Shown here one piece after another: positions 54,801 through 64,000 of a stretch of 64,000 nt of DNA. Position 1 is the stretch's first letter, and each line of letters opens with the position of its first letter. A program made the translations under genes and the position numbers. A model generated the notes under the pieces. The model did not search any database. It saw nothing but the letters and a program-made list of their open reading frames with translations, and was not told the origin of the DNA. The DNA comes from Octopus sinensis (lineage: Eukaryota): assembly GCF_006345805.1 (NCBI RefSeq), contig NC_043013.1, positions 23,684,001 to 23,748,000 of the forward strand, read 5' to 3'.

Positions 54801-56102
54801 TGGCGATGAAGATCATCAAAACCTTTAATTGAGCGAAGTGGATATTGGACGAAGTAACGAAGTTCTGTTAGATGTAGAAATAGAAGAATTATGTTTTATT
54901 TTTTCATCAATAATTTTTTGTTTGCATATAAACAATATTCGAGATAAATTAAAACTCTCTCTTCCATCAAGCATTAAATAGAAGCGATCATCGGCGAGTA
55001 AGCAGAATCGTTGGATCGTCGGAGAGAATGACCCTCCACTTTGAATTCGATGTCTACTTTGTTTCGTATCCTTTCAGGAATCTGTAAATAAAATACCAGT
55101 CGGATATTACTGTGGCGGCCCGCTCTTCTCTTCATCCTTCTTTCATGGAAAATTCGATTGGAGAGGGAAGGGACTCTGCCAGGTTTAAAGTGCATAAAAC
55201 ACGCATCATTTCACAATGGTGCTCCTACGACACTGTTAGTAATTGAGTGCTCAATAAAGGATGTAGAGCTATTGTGTTATATTTTTTAGACATTTTCCCT
55301 TTTCTCCATTTATTCTTTTGTAGAACATAAGGGAAAGTATCCGCAAAAATGGCCTTTACGAAACACTAAGTCCGGCATGAAGTGAAACAATCCAGAAAAT
55401 GTTTCAGCTGACAAAAATATAAAAGAAAATTTATTTTAGAAAAAAATCATGAACATTTGCTTTGTTTTATGCTCTCAATTGCTGGCGGAGAGGTAAGAGT
55501 GTGACACACGGCATGTTCCGGACTTATTTCAATCTTACAGAACCCATCCTTCTTCATTCCTAAACAGCTGATTTCTTCCAGAAAGCTAAAGAGAGAGGAG
55601 AAGGAATCGGTTCCATTACTGGTATTCTATATATGGACTCTGAATATATGGAGGAAACGCAAAATTGAGTTTGACGAGGTTCGAAGAGAAAATGCAGAGA
55701 GCCGCAGAGAATATCGAAAAGTATTTCATCAAAATCCCTAAAAACATTAGGTTTGGATTCAAATTAGAATAGAAGACTTACCAGAAAAAAGGTCAGAAAG
55801 GGATCTCCCAGTTTCTTTAAATTCCTTCGGATCAATAAATTTGTGTCTGACTAACGTAGAACAACGTTCTGATGCTCGCTGACGGATGATTTCAGCAACA
55901 TTTGTCTCTCTGGTATTACAGGACTGTAAAACAGAAGAACAAATTTTATGTTCAAGTTATTAATAAAGGTTGCATTTTCGCAATTACTAGACCAGTGCCT
56001 CCCGGCTCTAATCTTTTTACGGTTTACTGTCTGCCTGATAGCCTGTACCTTTGGATGAGATTAATAGAGTAAACTCCAGGGTTAATACCCGGAATTAATT
56101 AT

Positions 56103-56193
<91 letters not shown>

Positions 56194-57247
56194 CGCGCGC
56201 GCGTCTATATGTGCGTTCAAAAATAACCAGATGGATAGGTTTCTGCAGTTTGGAGAATTCAAAAGAATTATTTTTTTTACATGAAAAACTAATTTTGTGA
56301 TCTTTGAGTTTGGAAAAACCACTTCGGTTTTTACCTCTCAAGATCAAAATCCTTTTGTCTGGCAGAGAATTTGGAATTGGTCTCTGTGACCAATTTTATC
56401 ATCAGCTTCAATTATTTTGTACTGTTGTTCATTTTTGTTGTTGCTGTTGTTGTTTCACGCAGTCACACACACACACACACGTTACTTTTCCCTAAAAGTG
56501 TACACTTTCGTCCATATTAGATATTAATTAATTCCCCTCAAGCCTATCACTGTCTAATTCTTTCTTTTTTTATATTCCTATAATTAAAAGGGTGTCATTC
56601 TTACCGACATCATTTTCTCTTCGTCATCTGAACACAGCAACAAGTGTAAAAATAGATAATCATGCACGTTAATCCGAAATACTAAATAAATTACAACTGG
56701 TCTTAATTGTCAGAAAAAAAAAACACAAGATGACAATACAACACATCCCGAAATGTGACAATGTAAATTGGAATTACTCGAAGCTGATCATCAAATCGAT
56801 GATCACGGAAAATATTGTGCAATTAAGTGTACAGAGATTATTCGCTATTCGCTCCGACAGGGCATTTAATAATGTGCTAGTACAACAGTATAAGCGACAC
56901 ACGACTTATATAGTATATATAAGTACGTACATGGGTATTACACAATTTGGCTCGGACACTGCTTCCTCTGCACCATTCAGTTCCAACTGGTCTGAAAAAA
57001 GTAAAAGAAAGGTTTCATTTTTTTGTCGTCTTCAGCTAAGATAGTTGTTTAATTAATGAGGACCAGCTTCTATAAAACACGTGGGCAAACTCAATCCCTG
57101 TTTCCATTTTATATTTTTCAACAGTTTCTAAATTAAAGTGTTGAAAAGATTTCTGACAGCTGAACCATTGGAGTCAGTATAATCGTGTAGCCACCACCCT
57201 CTCTCAAATTTCAGGCTTTGGACTTATAGTAGAAATCATCATCATCA

Positions 57248-57293
<46 letters not shown>

Positions 57294-60200
57294 AGTTCTG
57301 TCCACTTCATGATATGTTGTCATGTAACTTAAACAATAGGAAATACAAATTTCCGCAAACCGCTGTTTCAAAAATGTGTAGTTAAGGTAGATTTAACTGT
57401 TCTTTCTAGCAGGTAATCGTCGATACTGGACTACCATTCTCCATCCCGTATAATAGCCTCCAGTATTTCAGAGTGTGTTGGGTATAGTCCTCAGTTAAGC
57501 TGAAACTTAGTATATCTGGAACAATGGATTTTTGAGTCGATTGACCGACCAGCTTTATGCTAAAGGTCTGCTCAATAATGGCTGAAGTTCAACAACAGCC
57601 ATCTAAGGATGACCTACATTATTAACTTACAGCAGTTGTAAGTTGTAGCAATAAGAAGAATGTTTCATGTGTTCAAACCGATCAGCACACATTTATGAAG
57701 GTTGACTCAAGAAGTCAGCCTCTTGTTTCAAGTCAGATAAGAATCTGAGAAACTTAGTGATAATCAATGTCTTGCATCAGGTTAGATAGATATTATTTCA
57801 AATAAATTTACTCATTTACTTACTTAGGATTGTTACATTGCCGTGTGGACAACGTAACCCCCGTTCCACACTTTCGATCACAGGGGGAATAAGAACTCCA
57901 CGCGCTCCAGCCACCCGTTATCACAGGAACTGATGCCCAGAAGTTAGTTTCGGTCAAATTCTCGCAACGCTTATGTGGACGGCAAACCTAAAATGTCAGC
58001 ATGTGAATTGAGAGAGTGTTAGAACGGCATTCGGTAATACATTAACTTTTATAGTGAAAAGATAAATAAACTCAAGTTTACAGATATCTTCCATGAAAAT
58101 CTGTTTATAAAGTTTATTTCTTTATTCACCATACGGTTTTATACAGAGGGGGCATTACAACACATTGGGGACACAAAACATCAAAAAAATAGTCGTATGA
58201 TAGGATGGGGAAAAGGGTGATAGATGAGAGGTGAAAGTAATGTGAACTGCCCCATCAGTCAACATCACTTACTTGTCCTTTTTTCTTATTTCACTGCAAA
58301 ATCCCCAAAATTTAACCCGTATATTTTCCGGAGTTCATCTCTCTTTTCCTGTGCCAGTCTTCCCCTAATCTGCACGTATGCATCACCAAGTTCATTCTTA
58401 AGTTCTTTCACTTGCTCTTCCGACAATACCACTTCCATTTCTTCATCCCATCTACCTGGCATTTCCACCTTCCCCAAGTCCTTTAACCTTTCATGTAAAT
58501 GCTCACTGTCTATTATCCCGATACAATATTCTTCGGGACGGAGGCTTTGTATTATCATTTGTGTGCATGTTTTCTGTTTTCTTGTTGGTGGGGAGTGGGT
58601 GGGTTTGGTGCCTGCGGGGACAGGGTGGGCCACAATGGGTGTAGATGGTGCTAGGGTGGGTTGGGGTTCAAAGTCACTTGCCTTTTTTCTTTACCCTTGT
58701 TTACTTTTTCCTGGGGTTTCCCATTCTTTTCCATCTTCCTTCACTTGTCTCTCTTTTTCTTCTGTTTCTTTCTGTTCCTCCTGGGGTGTTTCTGTTTCTT
58801 CCGCTGTTTCTTCGATTATTTCCTTCACTGCTGTAGTGCAGTTTGCTCTTATGTGGCCTTTCAAGCCGCATTTATAACATCGAGGGGCTCTGCCCTCCAC
58901 CCATACTCTCATGGTTATGTCGTTAGTCGTAATTGTTTCCGATAAACTTTGTAAAATTTCCATTTCCGCTTGGACGCTCATTTTCAGCGTCCCACCTCTC
59001 CATCCTCCTTCCTCTGTTATAGTCGCTCGGACTATATCAACTTTCTCCTCATTTCCAACGATAACCGCTGCTACAACCAATTCCGCGTCGATATCTGGTG
59101 GTGTTCCGTCCACTCTAATCCTTGTGGTTCTTCTCCCCATATAAGTGGGTAGAAGTGTTACCTTATCAGTTTTTATTGTCTTTGCAGCATTTCTTCTTGC
59201 TGGTTCCTCGTTTTTGTACTGTACCACCACCGTGGCATAATTGTTTCCTCTTGCGAGGAAGATTATTTCTTCCTCTGTTGTTTTTTTAGGGCTTCCTCTA
59301 CCGTTTCCATGCTTATTATATCCACTTTTTCTTTTCGTTAGCAAATACTCGGTACGTTATTTTCTTTCTTTCTATTTTGTTCTTTTTCCTGTTCGACAGC
59401 AATAATTCCGCCTCTCCGTTTACCCTTTTAATCATATCTTGGCATTTCGGTAACTTAGCCAAATTTATTTCCTTTTCGCTGGTTTTGTTGCTCCTGCATA
59501 TGTTCTGTCCATCTTTCCTACCGCTTCCACTAATTTTTCTTCGGAAGACGATAAGTCCGACTCACTAGTGGCAATTTTTCTTTTTGTCTCCTCCATTCCT
59601 CTTCTTAACGAGGGAAAACTCATTTTCATTCGTCTGTCTCAAACAGACAAACCAAATTCACCAGTGAAAATCAATAAAAACTAATAAACCTTATAACTAA
59701 AACCGACTTTTCAGAATTCCCAACAGAACCGAACGCGTAACGCCGTTTTCACAACGACATAACGTCTTCACCGCACGAGCTCAAGAAAAAAAAAAGGTAT
59801 CTGCTGAAATGGAAGAGTCCATTCTCGCTTAATCTACCTTGCTATAATTGCTATCATATAATGATAAGAGAAGATAGCTTTTTGCAGTTCTAGACTTGAA
59901 TAAAGTTAAATTATGAGTTATATTCCCGCCAAAAAAACACGCTTGGAATGTATTCATCGCTTTCTGTTACGTGGTTCTGATTCGATAAAATTCATAGTGA
60001 AGAATTTGGTCAATTTAATTGAAAGCGTATGCAGACATGCACACACGCACTGGCACGCATACATACCCACATTTCAAAAGCTTGGAATCCATTCGGTAGA
60101 GTTTATGTTCATACTCATGTTTCATCTCCATAGAGTTAACCATAGAGTTAACACTTTAATAATGCTTTTCTGATTTCACCGTTGTGTTTTGTTGTTTGTA

Positions 60201-61674
60201 TGTTTGACATTTATTTAAATACTAGCAGTATCGCCCGGCGTTGCTCGGGTTTGTAAGGGAAATAACTATATAAGCATTTTTAGAGATGTAAAGTATAATA
60301 GCCATCTCAATATGGCTAACCACAAGGGGAGGGTGTTACTGTAGCTTTTTACGTTCTGAGATTTAATAATATATTTTTAGAGAGTTACTTCCCTTATATA
60401 TGCCAAAAATGCATTAAAAATGGGAAAAATTGATGGTAAATTTTTTTTAAATCGTAGACTCATCGTAGACGCGCGCTAATACCCAGAAGGGCTCGATATG
60501 AATTACGACTATAAGATACCCGGGTTTGGTTAAACTGCACTGCAAAATGTGGGAGTAGTTAGGAATCTAAATCGTAGGAGACAGACAGCACACAACCTCT
60601 CTTTTATATATACAGATTTTCTACCTAACTCCATCTTTCTTTTGATTTTTGCTTCACATTCCCGTTTTTTAAACTTCATATATCCCACCTAGGTCATCTT
60701 CGCTGTTTATTCCTTTGGCTTTGCCTCAATAGTGATATTTATTTTTGATTACCTCCACCTTTTACTGAATAGCATTGATTTTGTTTTCTTTATATTCATC
60801 TCTATTCCACAAGCCGCTCTTTTGAGGATTTATTTTACCATGTTACAAAGCTCTATCATCTGTATATCTAAGGTTGTTGATATTTATATTGCCTATTCAC
60901 AATCCGGGCAAACATTTTACCTCTCTGACTATAACAGCGTATAAGTTAAACTTGATCTTTTTTTGATTTTAAATTTTGAGGGGTTTTTTTCCCATTCAAT
61001 ACTTACAACTATTGCTTGCTACCAGTAGATTTTCCTGATTTTCTAGGGGTGTTTATCACATATATCAAGTTTTGATACATAATTGATCATCTTTCACTAA
61101 ATTCGTAATGTAATTATTAAAAGAGACCATTCCTAAAAGAGATCTGCGGTTAAACTTGTAACTTTTCGCCCCTACAGTTGAAGACTCTACCACAGACCTA
61201 TATCTCGAACTCAGACACTTCCATTTTACTCAACAATATGATTTTGTAAGGCAGACAAAAGTAGATTTATTAGTGGAACATTTAAATTGCGTCGCATCGA
61301 AATAAAGACAGCCTTTATCAACAAAGAACCAAACCATGCTGAATAAAATTCTTTTTAAATATATGAATTTCATTATCATAATCACAAGAAAGCCGCCGAA
61401 GACGACTTTGCTTTTCATCCTTTTGGAGTTGAGAACTGGAATTGATGTAATCGGTTTAACACCCCTCCCCCGAAATCTTGGGCCTTGTGCCTAGAGAAGA
61501 AAAGATCATTATATCCACGAGAGTAGTACATGGATGATTTCTAACTTTAGCACAAAGCTATAGATTCCTTGGGGTACTCCAGCTCATCTCCAATGCTTGT
61601 CTCATTGAACCCTGATATTTGGAATGATATCAAAATCCCTATTTCATTTTATGTTAAATTGTCAAGTTATGTGC

Positions 61675-61726
<52 letters not shown>

Positions 61727-62288
61727 TTTATTTGTGAGTTAACAAGGCTATCATTGGTTAAATGCCGATAAAAATTTCTCAGCATTTATCAAACCTTCCA
61801 CATGACACGTTGGTATTCGTGTCTCCATCATGGATGAGAATACACGAAGCTAAGCTACATTGCACGGTATTATCGGAGATAACTTATAAGATTTCTTCCA
61901 TGATCTGTATATTCATTTATCCCCAAATCCCGTACAAATTCGTTTGGCTTTGTGTTTTCTCATCCAAGATAGAGACGAGTACCAATGTCCCGTGTGGCGC
62001 TTGATAACTGCTGAGAGATATTCCATCTCCCCATGTTTCAGCAGATACAATTTTTGTTTTATCCACCAGGGATCTGGCTATGACAGTTTTGCAATGCTGT
62101 ACTGAAGTTTAGCAATGTTTCTTAAATACATGTTAAACAGGAATCGAGCGAAAGACCATAACTCACCATTTGTGGCCCGCAGGAAAGACCATTTGTCCCT
62201 CCCGTATCGATTCTAATTCGCCCATACTGGTTTCCTTCTTCCAAGTAGACACACGAAATTATTCCACATTTCTGAAGAGAGTATACAA

Positions 62289-62319
<31 letters not shown>

Positions 62320-62338
62320 ATAACACAAATATATATAT

Positions 62339-62384
<46 letters not shown>

Positions 62385-62702
62385 GTAGGATAAATTTTTT
62401 TCGAAAACAATTCTATCAATGGCCAGCATTATTATATATATATATATATTATATATATATATATATATACACATATATATATATAATAATGCTGGCCATA
62501 TATATATATATACATGCATACATACGTACATAAATATATCTTAAAAAATTAAATATCAAATGAGTTAGTGGGAAAGAAATGAATAAAGTTTTTAAGATTT
62601 ACATTATAGTAAATGTACTCACAAATTTCGGATATAAGTCAATATAAGAGAACCCTTTGCCGTACCGAATCCGGCAGTAATCATCCGGGGTCGTATATGT
62701 TG
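50237..62702 (-). CDS. Gene B (partial; 5' part lies beyond the window): paralogous ADAMTS-like protein, Dis-TSP1-CysRich(N)-PAN-CysRich(C). complement join(62623-62702,62167-62271,57824-57987,56931-56991,55782-55923,52146-52379,50237-50388)
   Basis: Seven GT-AG exons with lengths 80,105,164,61,142,234,152 and phases identical to gene A exons 13-18 and 20; no stops; conserved Cys and Trp. Confidence 0.9.
52146..52379 (-). CDS. Gene B exon: single PAN/Apple domain
   Basis: [16 protein letters not shown]...[20 protein letters not shown]...KCDLS...WDHYE; 234 nt, phase 1/1. Confidence 0.92.
53175..54390 (+). mobile_element. mariner transposon copy 2 (same family): both TIRs and TA duplications, internal deletion of about 77 bp
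   Basis: TA|TTGGGTTGGCAACTAAG ... CTTAGTTGCCAACCCAA|TA; deletion bounded by CTGGC microhomology relative to copy 1. Confidence 0.95.
55782..55923 (-). CDS. Gene B exon: cysteine-rich N-half (SCNTRE...RQRASERC...)
   Basis: ttttacag| and G|gtaagt; homolog of gene A exon 17. Confidence 0.9.
56931..56991 (-). CDS. Gene B exon: TSP1 C-terminal part ([20 protein letters not shown])
   Basis: ttttcag| and |gtacgt; homolog of gene A exon 16. Confidence 0.9.
57824..57987 (-). CDS. Gene B exon: TSP1 ([30 protein letters not shown])
   Basis: ttttag| and AA|gtaagt; homolog of gene A exon 15. Confidence 0.93.
58110..59785 (-). mobile_element. L1/Tx1-type ORF1-only retroelement (HAL1-like) with CCHC zinc knuckle, frameshifted
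   Basis: [20 protein letters not shown], an N-terminal TYAGA motif and a basic/acidic tail; pyrimidine-rich 3' UTR with AATAAA; no endonuclease or RT. Confidence 0.7.
60222..60616 (-). mobile_element. Helitron H1 copy 4
   Basis: Same termini; colinear with copy 1. Confidence 0.85.
62167..62271 (-). CDS. Gene B exon: disintegrin-like (KCGIISC...NGLSCGPQM)
   Basis: cttcag| and |gtgagt; homolog of gene A exon 14. Confidence 0.9.
62623..62702 (-). CDS. Gene B exon: disintegrin-like ([27 protein letters not shown])
   Basis: ccacag| and |gtgagt; homolog of gene A exon 13. Confidence 0.88.
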
Positions 62703-63789
62703 CTGTGGAACGAATTAAAATATGGTGTCTGTTATTTAATATGAATATCATCTACGGTTATTTAACGACTATTTCAATGTTTCTTTTAATCTCTTTGAGA
62801 ATGTTTAAGCGACGTTAGCATGCGCGTTGAGTTGAGGTTATTCATTAACCCAAACCAAGTCCACGATCTACTGTCGATTCGTTTCTAGCTCACGAAAATT
62901 TCCCTTTATTTATATTGCAACTTGTCAATAATGGTATCGTTGGTTACATGTTTCTAACTCACGAATCATTGATTCACTGCATTTCTGATGGTGAGACTAT
63001 AACAATGGAGTGGCTATAATTCGCTGCTTTAACTTCTTTCAAGAAGCAGGAGCACCATTTGTCGTCAACGTTTACATCCTTTGCTGTTACACATTAGCTG
63101 TATATGTATATATATGATTTAGAGAAATATATACACATATTATATACATATATTATATATTGTGAAATTCGATTTAGAATTGCTAAATTAAATTTTTCCC
63201 TGTAAGTTTGGAATTATATTCCCTATTATTATTATTATTATTATATATAGTACTTAACACATGTCGTGCAGATTAAATAGTTATATTTAACTTTGTGACT
63301 TATATCTGCATTATTTATAGATTCACGGACTCAAATGTCACGTCTGATTGCTCGGATATGGTGATGCTGAGTGGTGAGGCAACTACCACAGGTCGTAAAT
63401 CGTGCTAACGATTCTGCCAGCTCGCCACCTAATTTGAGTTCAATCTTAAAAATCAGTCCGGTTGTTAGGTGTTATAACCATTAACAAAATGTTGCCAACT
63501 CTACTGAACAGGTGCTGAATAGGGGAAGGTCTAAATTTGGCACCAACAATTGGAAGTAGCTTCCCTTGCTTTCGTTAAAAATTCCAGTGAAATGCAACAT
63601 TTCTATAAAAGTTATGGAATTCTATTAACAAAAGATTGTTTAGAATTAGCTAACAATGAGTTCCGCTGATGAGAGCAAAGTGAAAGTTCAGTTTTTTTGT
63701 TAAGGAATACAGCTGACTATTTGCATTAAGAGAAGTTTCTCATAGAGTTATTCTCTGTCCAGCAGATGTTGTAATACCTAGAATTGGTA

Positions 63790-64000
63790 AAGGCGGCGAG
63801 CTGGCAGAAACGTTAGCACGCCGGGTGAAATGCTTAGCGGTTTTTCGTCCGTCTTTACGGTCTGAGTTCAAATTCTGCCGAGGTCGACTTTGCCCCTTAT
63901 CTTTTCGGGGTCGATAAATAAAGTACCAGTTGCGAACTGGGGTCGATCTAATCGACTGGCCCCTTACCCCAAAATTTTGAGCCTTGTGCCTAGAGTAGAA
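63790..64000 (+). mobile_element. tRNA-derived SINE with Meta/MESC-like core (third family); fragments also at about 1466-1620, 10013-10220, 32640-32760, 32940-33090 and 61390-61510
   Basis: GAGTTCAAATTC followed by GTCGACTTTGCC...TTTCGGGGTCGATAAA...GTACCAGTT repeated across the window; family name recalled, not searched. Confidence 0.75.

Noticed and set aside
62955-63080. Possible gene B homolog of exon 12
   Set aside because: No stop-free frame with the required phases and CL...LP pattern; the exon probably lies beyond 64000.
63666-63690. CTGATGA...GAAA hammerhead-like words
   Set aside because: Stems I to III do not form.

Overview
AT-rich, microsatellite-dense eukaryotic DNA. The repeat style (CORE/Meta-type tRNA-SINEs, Penelope-type elements, huge (TACA)n/(TG)n/(TAA)n tracts) suggests a mollusc, most likely an octopus (inference). 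Almost all ORFs in the supplied track are microsatellite or repeat artefacts. Reading splice sites by hand gives two paralogous, convergently transcribed, multi-exon secreted ADAMTS-like (M12B/reprolysin) zinc metalloprotease genes. Gene A (+, ATG 4277, 20 frame-consistent exons to 44735 = 824 codons, plus a probable short terminal exon at 45905-45934) encodes signal peptide, propeptide, catalytic domain (HELAHNLGIPHD, Met-turn GLMG), disintegrin-like domain, TSP1 and a cysteine-rich domain split by two tandem 234-bp phase-1/1 PAN/Apple exons. No spacer or further TSP1 exons were recognisable. Gene B (-, enters from beyond 64000; 7 exons, 62702 to 50237) has identical exon lengths and one PAN exon at the same site. 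Introns and the intergenic gap hold mariner transposons, CR1/L2-, RTE- and R4/Dong-like LINE fragments, an ORF1-only (HAL1-like) retroelement, Penelope-like fragments, tandem and nested non-autonomous Helitrons, tRNA-SINEs, fold-back structures and three families of minimal type-I hammerhead-ribozyme-like motifs. All alignments and counts were done by eye.
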